Source of the DNA: a virus
Lineage: Duplodnaviria > Caudoviricetes
Direction: 5' to 3' (one strand)
IMG/VR virus record: IMGVR_UViG_3300020336_000481
Coordinates: 64,001 to 128,000 of that record
DNA: 64,000 nucleotides
The position numbers were made by a program, and so were the translations under genes. Under the pieces are notes generated by a model that was not told the DNA's origin, ran no database searches, and saw nothing but the letters and a program-made list of their open reading frames with translations. Shown piece by piece: positions 50,663 to 60,222 of the stretch; the first letter of the stretch is position 1, and every line of letters starts with the position of its first letter.

Positions 50663-51097
50663 ATGTCTCGTTTTGCTCAAGGCAAGTATACCTTAAAAAA
50701 TCCCGAAAAATATTCTGGAACTAAAACTCCTACTTACCGTAGTAGTTGGGAATTTGCCTTTATGCGTTTCTGTGACGAGCATCCTAGTGTAAGTCAATGG
50801 GCTAGTGAAGCAGTACGCATACCATATAAAAATCCACTTACAGGTAAGCACACTATATATGTGCCAGACTTTTTTATTGTATACTCAGATCAAAAAGGCA
50901 AACAACGAGTAGAACTAATAGAAGTTAAACCTGCAAATCAAACAATTAAAGAAAAACTAGGAAGATCAAGACACAATCAAGCGGCATGGGTAGTCAATCA
51001 AGTTAAGTGGGAAGCGGCTAGAGCATGGTGCAGACAAAAGAAAATATTTTTTCGTGTAGTAACGGAAACTGATATTTTCCATCAAGGAAGTAGATAA
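50663..51097 (+). CDS. Head completion nuclease (T4 gp4-like, TnsA-type PD-(D/E)XK fold)
   Basis: YRSSWE, WASE, YVPDF, IEVKP, NQVKWEAA. Confidence 0.85.
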   Translation: MSRFAQGKYTLKNPEKYSGTKTPTYRSSWEFAFMRFCDEHPSVSQWASEAVRIPYKNPLTGKHTIYVPDFFIVYSDQKGKQRVELIEVKPANQTIKEKLGRSRHNQAAWVVNQVKWEAARAWCRQKKIFFRVVTETDIFHQGSR

Positions 51098-51699
51098 TGT
51101 TAGATTATGAAACATATAAAGAAAAAATGTTAACTATTGCAAACCAATACGATAAAAGAGCTCGAGGAGGAAAGTATATCCGTAAGTGGGATTATCATTG
51201 GTTAGAAAAAAAGTTTTTTTATGACTACGGAGATTTTAGTAATATGAAAACAGTTATTGACATAGGAACAGGAGTCGGTATGCTACCGTACTTGCTTATG
51301 TCAAAAGGCCACCAAGTTGAAGCTACAGATATAGCAGAAGATATTTCAGGACCTATGTTTACACAATGTTGTGATTTAATTGGTCTTAAAAGACATTCAT
51401 TGTTTATAAATGATAGTAAGCCAATGGACTTTCCAGGAAAATACGATATGCTTGTTGCTACTAGAACTGAGTTTGATAGAGAGTGTTTAACACCCGGTGA
51501 TATATTTAATTGGAAGTTCTTTTTAGATGATGCGTTTAAATACGTAAAAAGAGTATATATAAAAACAAATTTTGCTGGAAGTGGTAACCATTTTCCTGAT
51601 TATATACGTCCTTTTGTAAGTAATCCCGGCGGTCCAGGAACTGGATTAGGTAAACCTTATAGAGCATATTACATAAAAGTAGATAAAGACCAATGGTAA
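51097..51699 (+). CDS. Class I SAM-dependent methyltransferase
   Basis: VIDIGTGVG motif I, ATD motif II. Confidence 0.7.
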   Translation: MLDYETYKEKMLTIANQYDKRARGGKYIRKWDYHWLEKKFFYDYGDFSNMKTVIDIGTGVGMLPYLLMSKGHQVEATDIAEDISGPMFTQCCDLIGLKRHSLFINDSKPMDFPGKYDMLVATRTEFDRECLTPGDIFNWKFFLDDAFKYVKRVYIKTNFAGSGNHFPDYIRPFVSNPGGPGTGLGKPYRAYYIKVDKDQW

Positions 51700-51700
51700 G

Positions 51701-51708
51701 GATAAATA
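51701..51708 (+). promoter_or_regulatory. Late promoter GATAAATA
   Basis: Upstream of ATG 51735. Confidence 0.7.
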
Positions 51709-51734
51709 ATAGTAGCAGTTAATAGGAATATACT

Positions 51735-52226
51735 ATGACTAAAAAACTTGAAGAAATGTTAAACTTGCCTGATTCTAAAGAACTTATCGAAAAAGCTAAG
51801 AATAAAGATAAAGCAGAAACAGCAGTAATAGAACAAAAAGAAACAATGCGTGATATTGCTGAGTTTGACAAAATAGCGGCCGCATTACCAGCTGTAAAAG
51901 GCTTAGGTGAAATGGCGGATAAGGAACTAAACGAAGTTGCTCAAAAAGCAATGGATGCCTATGACGATTTAATGGATTTAGGTATGAACGTTGAAAGCCG
52001 TTATAGTGGCCGAGTATTTGAAGTTGCTGGCGGAATGCTTAAAACTAGTTTAGATGCTAAAGTTGCAAAAATGGATAAGAAACTTAAAATGATAGAATTA
52101 CAACTTAAGAAAGAAAAACTTGATAACGACTCTGGACCAAATGAAGACGGCATAGTAAATGGCGAAGGTTACGTAGTATCAGATCGTAATACTTTGCTAG
52201 AGAAACTGCGTAATATTGATAAATAA
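51735..52226 (+). CDS. Putative terminase small subunit (gp16-like)
   Basis: Helical protein with RVFEVA motif reminiscent of gp16 PRAxEV; upstream of the large terminase. Confidence 0.45.
   Translation: MTKKLEEMLNLPDSKELIEKAKNKDKAETAVIEQKETMRDIAEFDKIAAALPAVKGLGEMADKELNEVAQKAMDAYDDLMDLGMNVESRYSGRVFEVAGGMLKTSLDAKVAKMDKKLKMIELQLKKEKLDNDSGPNEDGIVNGEGYVVSDRNTLLEKLRNIDK
52218..52225 (+). promoter_or_regulatory. Late promoter GATAAATA
   Basis: At the gene end, upstream of ATG 52246. Confidence 0.6.
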
Positions 52227-52245
52227 TGTATAAGGAATAGGTAAT

Positions 52246-52815
52246 ATGAAAAATTTTATAGATATACTTACAGAGTCTGCAAAAACTTATAAGTTCAAAA
52301 TTAGAATAGCTGGCGAAATGCCAGAAGGTTTCCAAGACACAATGGAAACAGCATTACAAAAATATGAACTTATAAATTGTAGTGCAGGTAAGCGTACACC
52401 TATTCAGGAAAAACCTTTAGATTTTCCACAACTACAAAATATGGAAGTACACAACTTTGAATGCGAAGTAAAGTATCCTACAACTCCGCATGTACTAGAA
52501 CATTATCTAGTAAATGCATGTGGTGTAACACACAGCCATATTATTGTTAGAGGTGAAAATGATCCTATTGAAACTCAACAGGATGGAATTGCTTCTTCGG
52601 AAACATATCAATCTATGCTAGATACAGAAGAAATGAGTAAACCAGATCCAGAAGCTCACAAACAAGTTGGCGGTGGTAGAGTTATGGAATTACTTAAAGA
52701 ACTGGAAAAAGCATCTAAAGAAAAAGAAATAGATCCTATTGCAGATATAAAACCTGGCGATAGTAAAGATATTTCACCAGAACAAAATAATACAAGTCCA
52801 ATAGGGAGCAAATAA
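52246..52815 (+). CDS. Hypothetical late protein
   Basis: 189 aa; MKNFIDILTES N-terminus typical of T4-like head-associated proteins. Confidence 0.7.
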   Translation: MKNFIDILTESAKTYKFKIRIAGEMPEGFQDTMETALQKYELINCSAGKRTPIQEKPLDFPQLQNMEVHNFECEVKYPTTPHVLEHYLVNACGVTHSHIIVRGENDPIETQQDGIASSETYQSMLDTEEMSKPDPEAHKQVGGGRVMELLKELEKASKEKEIDPIADIKPGDSKDISPEQNNTSPIGSK

Positions 52816-53618
52816 TGAAATTAGTGGATCTTAAAGATTTATATAAAGAAATAGTTCTAATCGACGAGGGTAAAGATAAGTTACCTTCAAAAGCACACGT
52901 AATGAAGATGTGTAAAGATGGAATGACAAAAGCAGAAATGTGCAAGATGCATCCAAACTGTGATCAAGACAAACTTAAAGCTATGATCGATGATTGTAAA
53001 AAAGAAATGAAAGAAAACGTTAACGAAGCTTCGTCAATGAATATTTCAATGTCAGGTGAAACATCGTCAGAAGTTGCAGAGTTAATGAACATGCTTAAAA
53101 ATGCAGGAATGCCTGATGCTAAACCAGTAGGTCCAGTATCGCTTCCGATGGACGGACCAATGGACGGACCAATGGACAGACCAAATGACGGTCATGATGA
53201 CATGGTATCTAAATTAAAAATGCTTGGCAAACAAGGACCAGCATCAAGTCCATGTGAAGATGATGTTGAAGAAGATGATAGATATTCAGCAAGTACAGAA
53301 CCTGATCCAGAATATAAAGATGATGATTATATGATTCATGACTTAGCAGGTGGTTTAAATAGAAGTAAAAAACAATACACTAAAGCACAAGATGGCGACA
53401 ATCCAATAGCTGTAGAAAATAGCATTTATGAAGAATTAAAAGCTAGATACGAAGCAGCTAAAGCAGAAGCTAAATTTGACGAAATGGGCTGTAAAAAAGA
53501 AATGATGAAACTTAACGCAAGTGGTTGTACAAAAGAATCTATGTATAAAAAAGTTAACGCAGAATATAATTGCGGAAGAGAAAAGTTTGAAAAGTTATAC
53601 GCAAGTAATTGTGGTTAA
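52815..53618 (+). CDS. Hypothetical acidic Met/Cys-rich late protein
   Basis: 267 aa, TAATG-coupled to the previous gene. Confidence 0.7.
   Translation: MKLVDLKDLYKEIVLIDEGKDKLPSKAHVMKMCKDGMTKAEMCKMHPNCDQDKLKAMIDDCKKEMKENVNEASSMNISMSGETSSEVAELMNMLKNAGMPDAKPVGPVSLPMDGPMDGPMDRPNDGHDDMVSKLKMLGKQGPASSPCEDDVEEDDRYSASTEPDPEYKDDDYMIHDLAGGLNRSKKQYTKAQDGDNPIAVENSIYEELKARYEAAKAEAKFDEMGCKKEMMKLNASGCTKESMYKKVNAEYNCGREKFEKLYASNCG
53145..53192 (+). repeat. 12-bp tandem repeat x4 (ccaatggacgga consensus) encoding PMDG-PMDG-PMDR-PNDG
   Basis: Direct reading. Confidence 0.8.
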
Positions 53619-53642
53619 TAATAATTAACTCCCTCCAGACTC

Positions 53643-53669
53643 AATAGGGCCTACGGGCCCTATTTTTTT
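53643..53669 (+). terminator. Intrinsic terminator with C(UACG)G tetraloop
   Basis: AATAGGGCC-TACG-GGCCCTATT plus T-tract. Confidence 0.85.
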
Positions 53670-53670
53670 G

Positions 53671-53678
53671 GTTAAATA
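53671..53678 (+). promoter_or_regulatory. Late promoter GTTAAATA, 5 nt before the terminase ATG
   Basis: GTTAAATA-CTTAT-ATG with no SD. Confidence 0.65.
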
Positions 53679-53683
53679 CTTAT

Positions 53684-55264
53684 ATGAGCAAAAGTTTAGA
53701 CGGCGTTTTAACAAAAAAAGCCAATCAAAAAGAAACATTTACAGAAGATCAAATACAAGACCTTGCTAAATGCATGGATCCTAAAGAAGGATACTTATAT
53801 TTTGCACGTAAGTTTGCGTATATACAGCATCCTGTAAAAGGTAAGTTACTGTTTGATCCTTACATATATCAAGAAGGTCTAATGCTTAGTTACCATAACC
53901 ATCGTTTTAATATAAACATGTTACCAAGGCAAACAGGTAAAACTACATGCGCCGGCATTTACTTGTTATGGTACGCTATGTTTAATCCAGACCAAACAAT
54001 ACTTATTGCCGCACACAAGTATGCAGGTGCTCAAGAGATTATGCAACGTATTAGATACGCATATGAACTATGTCCTGATCATGTTAGAGCAGGTGTTACA
54101 AACTACAACAAAGGTAGTATGGAGTTTGAAAACGGATCACGTATTGTTAGTGCTACTACAACAGGAAACACAGGACGTGGTATGAGTATTTCATTATTAT
54201 ACTGTGACGAGTTTGCATTTGTTAATCCGGGTATTGCACAAGAGTTTTGGACTTCGATATCACCTACACTAGCAACAGGTGGTCGTGCTATTATTACTAG
54301 TACACCTAATTCAGATGAAGATACATTTGCTACTATTTGGAAACAAGCCGAAGAGAAGTTTGACGAACACGGTAATGAGCAAGAGATAGGCATAAATGGA
54401 TTCCACAGTTTTACATGTTCGTGGGACGAACATCCTGACAGAGACGACGAATGGAAAGTAGAAGAAATTGGTCGAATTGGTGAAGAAAGATTTAGGCGTG
54501 AATATGGTTGTGAATTTTTAGTATATGATGAAACATTAATTAACAGTATTCATTTAGCAAACATGGAAGGATCACAACCTTTAATGAATATGGGTCAGAC
54601 ACGCTGGTATAAAAAGATAATGAAAAATCAAACATATTGCATAGCACTAGATCCTGCAATGGGTACTGGGGGCGACTTTGCTGCAATACAAGTATTTGAA
54701 GTACCTAGTTATGAACAAGTTGCAGAATGGCGACACAACACTTCTCCTATTCCTACACAAATACGAATATTAAAAGATATATGTGATTATATTCAAGAAC
54801 AACAAGATTCGTCTAGTGGTATATATTGGAGTGTTGAAAATAACTCAATAGGTGAAGCCGCACTAATTGTTATTAATGATTTTGGTGAAGAAAATATCCC
54901 TGGTATGTTTGTAAGTGAACCTATACGTAAAGGACATGTACGTAAGTTTCGAAAAGGATTCAATACAACACACGGTACAAAAATCAGTGCATGTGCTAGA
55001 CTAAAAACTATGATAGAAAATAACAAAATGAAATTACATTCTGGGGCTTTATTAAGTGAACTTAAAGGTTATATTGCAACAGGAAATAGTTTTAAAGCTA
55101 AAACAGGCGATACTGATGATCTTGTAAGTGCAGTGCTTCTAGTCATTAGAATGATGGTTGTATTAAAGGATTGGGATCCAAGAGTATACAATACCTTTGT
55201 AACTATAGAAAATGAGGAAGATTATGAACCGCCAATGCCTATATTTGTTTCTACCAATTATTGA
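53684..55264 (+). CDS. Terminase large subunit (T4 gp17-like)
   Basis: PRQTGKT Walker A, LLYCDEFAF Walker B, ITSTPN, FRREYGCEF, ALDPAMG.GGD and TDDLV nuclease motifs. Confidence 0.95.
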   Translation: MSKSLDGVLTKKANQKETFTEDQIQDLAKCMDPKEGYLYFARKFAYIQHPVKGKLLFDPYIYQEGLMLSYHNHRFNINMLPRQTGKTTCAGIYLLWYAMFNPDQTILIAAHKYAGAQEIMQRIRYAYELCPDHVRAGVTNYNKGSMEFENGSRIVSATTTGNTGRGMSISLLYCDEFAFVNPGIAQEFWTSISPTLATGGRAIITSTPNSDEDTFATIWKQAEEKFDEHGNEQEIGINGFHSFTCSWDEHPDRDDEWKVEEIGRIGEERFRREYGCEFLVYDETLINSIHLANMEGSQPLMNMGQTRWYKKIMKNQTYCIALDPAMGTGGDFAAIQVFEVPSYEQVAEWRHNTSPIPTQIRILKDICDYIQEQQDSSSGIYWSVENNSIGEAALIVINDFGEENIPGMFVSEPIRKGHVRKFRKGFNTTHGTKISACARLKTMIENNKMKLHSGALLSELKGYIATGNSFKAKTGDTDDLVSAVLLVIRMMVVLKDWDPRVYNTFVTIENEEDYEPPMPIFVSTNY

Positions 55265-55270
55265 TAAATA
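55263..55270 (+). promoter_or_regulatory. Late promoter GATAAATA
   Basis: 8 nt before ATG 55279, no SD. Confidence 0.6.
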
Positions 55271-55278
55271 CTTGCAAC

Positions 55279-57321
55279 ATGGATAAGAACTTAAACGTAA
55301 TAGCAGAAGAGCTTTTTAATAAAATCAGGGGAAGATTCCCATCTGTAACAATTGGTAACGACGAAGGTAAAGTTACTAATGTACCTACCGAAGCTAGATT
55401 TTTTGATTTTAACTTTACAGAAGGGGCTAATGACTTAGGTAAAGTAAGTATTAGTTTAGAAGACAAAGCGATTGCTATAATGTATAGTAACAGTTTTATC
55501 ACAGCAGAAGATACTTTAACAAAAAACAAATGGTACGATTTTTTAAAAGAGATAAGATTTTTTGCTAAGAAAAGATTACTTAACTTTGATACAAGAGACA
55601 TAACTAAGAGTAACTTAAACAAAAGAGATTATAAGTTTTTAGCATCAAATACCGGAGAGCAAACAATGTCAGAATCGAAATTATACGGAACAAGCCGTAT
55701 TAGCTATCAGGATGTTGATTCAGCAAGAATAAACATTAGGCATAATAGATCAGTAAACCCTGATTTACCAGCAGGTAGAACACAATACATCGAAACAATT
55801 TACATAGAAAGTTCAGACGGTGAACGCTTTAAATATCCATACAAACATCTAAGTGGTGCAAGAGCAATGGCAAGACACGTTGCTGAAGGTGGCAAACCAT
55901 ACGATAAATTTGGAACACAAATTGTAGGTCTTAGTGAAGAATTAGCAAAACTTAAAAAATTTAAAATGGCATTAGGTCGTAATAACATTATGGCTGAAGG
56001 ATTATCAGAATATACTAGTATTGTTACAGATCGTATTGAAGAAATTAAAGAAGGTATTCTTGCTTTACAAACTAAAGAAGCATATGAAATTACAAAAGAA
56101 ACATTTGAACATATTTCTGTAGAAGAGAAGACAACCATGCCTGATGAGACTGCTGCTAATTGGATTGATCAACTAACAGTAAAACAATTTAACGAAGAAC
56201 TTAAAGATACTTTTCCTTTTGTATATAGATTAGTAAAAGAAAAAACAACACCTAAAGAACTTAATAACATGGAAGATTTGTTAGGTGAAAATCAAATTGA
56301 TGAAATTGCTGGTCCGGTAATAAAGGTTGCAAAAGAACTTTTTACAGCGGCAGGTTTTTCAAAAAAGATTGTAGCTGCACTTGCAACAGTAGGAGGTCTA
56401 TTTGGACTTAAAAAGTTATTAGAAATTACAAGTCTAAAAAATAGCCCATTAGGTAAAGCAATAAAAGCAAAATGTGATTCTGGAGACCCAACAACAATAG
56501 TTGACAGTAATGGTAAAGAATTAGGGTGGTGTGAGCACTATGATCTATTAGACTTATATGCAGAAGCAGATAACTTATCTATTTGGACATTACACTCAAT
56601 AGTATATGATGACAGTCCTTATAAAAATAATCCATATGTAATACGTAGACTGAATAAAGGTCAGTCAGATGAATCAAATGATACTATCGATGTAAAGTTT
56701 GGCAAAGACGGAAGTATGGAAAAAGCAGATGATAAACCTAAAATTCCAGTAAGTGAATTTATTTTATCATTGTTTGATAGAAACAAAGGTACTTTTCCAA
56801 AAGGTGAAACAGCAGTATTAACAGCAGTAGAAAAAGATTATGGCGAACAGTATATCAACCCTGCTAAACAGTTTATTGAAAAAATTACTACAAAGTTTGA
56901 AGAGTTAAACACAGAAGGCAATGCATACGCACACGCTGTAAGAAAAGCCAAAATGAATGGCAAGAAAAAAGGTGATGTAGTTGACGGCCCAGACGGCGAC
57001 AAAATTGAATTAGAAAAGTTTGACCCAAGACAAGAACAAAGCCGTGAAGCTCAAGCAATGGAAGAACTAATGACAGCATATGAGCAAGGTGGCGAAGAAT
57101 CCCTAGCAAAAGAAATGGGAATAACTACGCAAGAACTTGATCAAGAAATCAATGAAATGGGTAGAGAACATAACTTACACCCAGACGATGATAGAGATGA
57201 AATTATCGAACGTGTTGTTGAAGCAACAGTTGACAATGCTGATTGGGAAGAACAGTTTGAAGCTATGCAACGATTAGCTGGTTTAGACAGTCAAAAAAAA
57301 AGACTAACGAATCAAAGTTAG
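55279..57321 (+). CDS. Large hypothetical late protein; possibly extended by a -1 frameshift
   Basis: ORF after the late promoter; ends RLAGLDSQKK over an A9 run. Confidence 0.75.
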   Translation: MDKNLNVIAEELFNKIRGRFPSVTIGNDEGKVTNVPTEARFFDFNFTEGANDLGKVSISLEDKAIAIMYSNSFITAEDTLTKNKWYDFLKEIRFFAKKRLLNFDTRDITKSNLNKRDYKFLASNTGEQTMSESKLYGTSRISYQDVDSARINIRHNRSVNPDLPAGRTQYIETIYIESSDGERFKYPYKHLSGARAMARHVAEGGKPYDKFGTQIVGLSEELAKLKKFKMALGRNNIMAEGLSEYTSIVTDRIEEIKEGILALQTKEAYEITKETFEHISVEEKTTMPDETAANWIDQLTVKQFNEELKDTFPFVYRLVKEKTTPKELNNMEDLLGENQIDEIAGPVIKVAKELFTAAGFSKKIVAALATVGGLFGLKKLLEITSLKNSPLGKAIKAKCDSGDPTTIVDSNGKELGWCEHYDLLDLYAEADNLSIWTLHSIVYDDSPYKNNPYVIRRLNKGQSDESNDTIDVKFGKDGSMEKADDKPKIPVSEFILSLFDRNKGTFPKGETAVLTAVEKDYGEQYINPAKQFIEKITTKFEELNTEGNAYAHAVRKAKMNGKKKGDVVDGPDGDKIELEKFDPRQEQSREAQAMEELMTAYEQGGEESLAKEMGITTQELDQEINEMGREHNLHPDDDRDEIIERVVEATVDNADWEEQFEAMQRLAGLDSQKKRLTNQS

Positions 57322-57377
57322 CACCAAAATCCCCCGATTGGAAAACTGTTAAACTTTTAGGTGAAACCCTTTATATA

Positions 57378-57734
57378 ATGGGAGACGATATAGAGCACGT
57401 TATTGCTGCAGACGGTTTACCAATATACAATGGTTCTCGCACACAACTAATACGTTACGGTCAAACCAATATAGAAAAAGCAGGATACGGATATCCAACA
57501 GATTACACTCAAATAATGGACACTTGGATTAATAAAAATCAATATGATGAATTTCGAAAACTAAGAAGTTTATCAAACCCTAGTGATCGTATGCAGCTTG
57601 AGTATCTTAAACTATTACGTCCAAAGTTAAAAAATGTGTCAGGGATTGGACAAAAAATAGATAAATTATTAACATCAGCACCTTTTAAAGGATTTGATGT
57701 AGAAATTGATGATCCTACCTACGGTAACGCATAG
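57378..57734 (+). CDS. Hypothetical ORF, probably the -1 frame extension of 55279..57321
   Basis: Frame is open from 57261 through the A9 run at 57293-57301; no well-spaced SD at ATG 57378. Confidence 0.55.
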   Translation: MGDDIEHVIAADGLPIYNGSRTQLIRYGQTNIEKAGYGYPTDYTQIMDTWINKNQYDEFRKLRSLSNPSDRMQLEYLKLLRPKLKNVSGIGQKIDKLLTSAPFKGFDVEIDDPTYGNA

Positions 57735-57759
57735 ATTACCAAAAAAGATAAAAAATAGG

Positions 57760-57788
57760 TTGACTTTTACTAAATAATATCGTATAGT
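57760..57788 (+). promoter_or_regulatory. Sigma70-type promoter TTGACT-N17-TATAGT with an embedded CTAAATA late motif
   Basis: Direct reading, upstream of gp32. Confidence 0.7.
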
Positions 57789-57867
57789 ATATATTGTGCT
57801 GTACATATAAAGGCACAAGTAGCAATGTAGCTACTGCACATAGGCATAACAAATAGGAGGCATAACT

Positions 57868-58851
57868 ATGGCATCATTGGCAGAAATCAGAGCAAAACTG
57901 AAAGAACAAGAATCACGCACAGGTGGTTCTCAAAGCGGCGGCGGCGATAACGCAATTTACCCATTTTGGAATATCAAAGAAGGCGAGTCGGCAACGATGC
58001 GTTTCTTACCAGATGGAGATGACACAAACACTTTCTTTTGGAAAGAACGTTTGATGATCAAACTTCCATTTGCAGGAGTTAAAGGTCAAACTGACTCACG
58101 TCCTGTACAAGTACAAGTTCCTTGTATGGAAATGTACGGAGAAGCATGTCCGGTACTACAAGAAGTACGTCCTTGGTTTAAAGATCCAAGTCTAGAAGAT
58201 ATGGGTCGTAAGTATTGGAAAAAGCGTTCATACGTATTCCAAGGGTTTGTAACGGAAAATCCACTTGCAGAAGATAGTGCTCCGGAGAATCCAATTCGAA
58301 GGTTTATTATTGGGCCACAAATTTTCCAAATTATTAAAGCGGCTCTTATGGATCCAGACATGGAAGAATTACCAACAGATTATACTGCTGGTGTAGACTT
58401 CCGTCTTAACAAAACAACCAAAGGTGGTTATGCAGATTATTCAACATCTACTTGGGCTCGTAGAGAGCGTCCATTAAGTGATGCTGAAATGAATGCAGTA
58501 AACACACATGGTTTGTTTAACATGAGCGACTTTTTGCCTAAGAAGCCAGACGAAGTGGCTGTAAAAGTCATTAAAGAAATGTTTGAAGCATCAGTTGATG
58601 GTGAAGCATATGACATGGATCGTTTTGGTCAATATTTCCGTCCAGCGGGAATGTCGGCAAGAACGGGTGATCCACAAAATAGAACACCCGAAGCAAGTAC
58701 TCCTGCTCCGACGTCAGCACCTGAGACAGCTACTACTCCAGCAGTAGAAACTGCAACGGCTCCTGAAGCACCAGCGGCTGAAGCGGCACCTGAAACAGGC
58801 AGTGGCGAAGCAAAAGATATCCTTGCAATGATTAGAGCAAGACAGTCTTAA
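57868..58851 (+). CDS. Single-stranded DNA-binding protein (T4 gp32-like)
   Basis: MRFLPD, CPV, YWKKRSY, GVDFRL.K...GYADYSTS; SD AGGAGG. Confidence 0.88.
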   Translation: MASLAEIRAKLKEQESRTGGSQSGGGDNAIYPFWNIKEGESATMRFLPDGDDTNTFFWKERLMIKLPFAGVKGQTDSRPVQVQVPCMEMYGEACPVLQEVRPWFKDPSLEDMGRKYWKKRSYVFQGFVTENPLAEDSAPENPIRRFIIGPQIFQIIKAALMDPDMEELPTDYTAGVDFRLNKTTKGGYADYSTSTWARRERPLSDAEMNAVNTHGLFNMSDFLPKKPDEVAVKVIKEMFEASVDGEAYDMDRFGQYFRPAGMSARTGDPQNRTPEASTPAPTSAPETATTPAVETATAPEAPAAEAAPETGSGEAKDILAMIRARQS

Positions 58852-58865
58852 TATAAACAAGATTC

Positions 58866-58885
58866 GTAGGGGAGCAATCCCCTAC
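58866..58885 (+). other. Intergenic GNRA hairpin GTAGGGGA-GCAA-TCCCCTAC (mRNA stabiliser or weak terminator)
   Basis: 8-bp stem with no strong U-tract. Confidence 0.6.
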
Positions 58886-58906
58886 TAGCTTTAACAAGGA
58901 GAAAAT

Positions 58907-59986
58907 ATGGCTAAATCATTCGATGTAAGTAAATTTAGAAAAGACTTAACAAAGTCTATTCAAGGTATGAGTACAGGATTTAATGACCCAACTGATTGGG
59001 TTAGTACTGGCTCATATGCACTAAACTATCTTATTAGTGGTGACTTTCACAAAGGTGTTCCACTAGGTAAGGTAACAGTTTTTGCAGGAGAATCTGGCGC
59101 AGGCAAAAGTTATTTTGCGGCAGGTAATATTGTAAGAAACGCACAAGAACAAGGCATCTACGTAGTTTTAATTGACTCAGAGAATGCACTTGACCAAGCA
59201 TGGCTAGAAGCACTTGGTGTTGATTGTGACGAATCAAAACTACTCAAGTTAAGTATGAGTATGATTGATGATGTTGCAAAAACTATCTCAACGTTTATGA
59301 CAGACTATAAAGCAATGGACGAAACAGATCGTCCTAAAGTGTTGTTTGTAATTGATTCGTTGGGTATGTTGCTAACACCAACTGATGTTGATCAGTTTAA
59401 CAAAGGTGATATGAAAGGTGATATGGGTCGTAAGCCTAAAGCACTAACATCACTTGTACGTAACACTGTTAACATGATTGGTGCTCATAACGTAGGTCTA
59501 GTATGTACTAACCACACATATGCATCACAAGATATGTTTGATCCAGATGATAAAATCAGTGGCGGTCAAGGCTTTATCTATGCATCATCTATTGTAGTAG
59601 CAATGAAAAAATTGAAACTAAAAGAAGATGAAGACGGTAATAAAACTAGTGAAGTGCATGGCATTAGAGCAGGTTGTAAAGTAATGAAAACTCGTTATGC
59701 AAAACCGTTCGAAGGCGTACAAGTAAAAATTCCATATTCAACTGGTATGGATCCGTATAGCGGTATTGTAGATCTTTTTGAAAAGAAAGGCGTTATTGAA
59801 AAAACTGGTAATAGGTTAAAATACGTAATGTCCGACGGAACAGAGATCCTAGAGTATCGTAAAAATTGGACAGGCGACAAATTAAAAGATGTTATGTCTG
59901 ATTATCTTAAAAAAGAATCTTCTGTGGTAAATACCTCTGATGTAGTTGAAGAAACTACTGAAGAATTATCTACAGAGGAGATTTAA
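58907..59986 (+). CDS. uvsX: RecA-like recombinase UvsX
   Basis: GESGAGKS Walker A, IDSENA, VIDSLG, NHTY, SGG. Confidence 0.92.
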   Translation: MAKSFDVSKFRKDLTKSIQGMSTGFNDPTDWVSTGSYALNYLISGDFHKGVPLGKVTVFAGESGAGKSYFAAGNIVRNAQEQGIYVVLIDSENALDQAWLEALGVDCDESKLLKLSMSMIDDVAKTISTFMTDYKAMDETDRPKVLFVIDSLGMLLTPTDVDQFNKGDMKGDMGRKPKALTSLVRNTVNMIGAHNVGLVCTNHTYASQDMFDPDDKISGGQGFIYASSIVVAMKKLKLKEDEDGNKTSEVHGIRAGCKVMKTRYAKPFEGVQVKIPYSTGMDPYSGIVDLFEKKGVIEKTGNRLKYVMSDGTEILEYRKNWTGDKLKDVMSDYLKKESSVVNTSDVVEETTEELSTEEI

Positions 59987-59988
59987 AT

Positions 59989-60222
59989 ATGGACGAAGGT
60001 CAAATTACAGATAGCTGGAATTTGTTTAAAGAATATCTAGATAAAAAGCAAATTGAACTTGTTGCTGAAAAATATGTAGATCTTTTAGCAGATTACGGTG
60101 TAGAAGACCAAACGTTAATAGCAACACTTGGTAGTTGCCCACATCTTGATAATGCAATTAACTATTATTTAGATATGGATGATGAACTTGTTGCTGACGA
60201 CGAAGTTGATTGGGATGAATAA
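59989..60222 (+). CDS. Hypothetical acidic protein
   Basis: SD AGGAG, 77 aa. Confidence 0.7.
   Translation: MDEGQITDSWNLFKEYLDKKQIELVAEKYVDLLADYGVEDQTLIATLGSCPHLDNAINYYLDMDDELVADDEVDWDE

Noticed and set aside
50663-51097. TnsA-like transposase suggesting a Tn7 element
   Set aside because: Motifs and context match T4 gp4 head-completion nuclease; no other Tn7 genes or ends
53684-59986. Inteins or introns in terminase or UvsX
   Set aside because: Both have normal length and contiguous motifs
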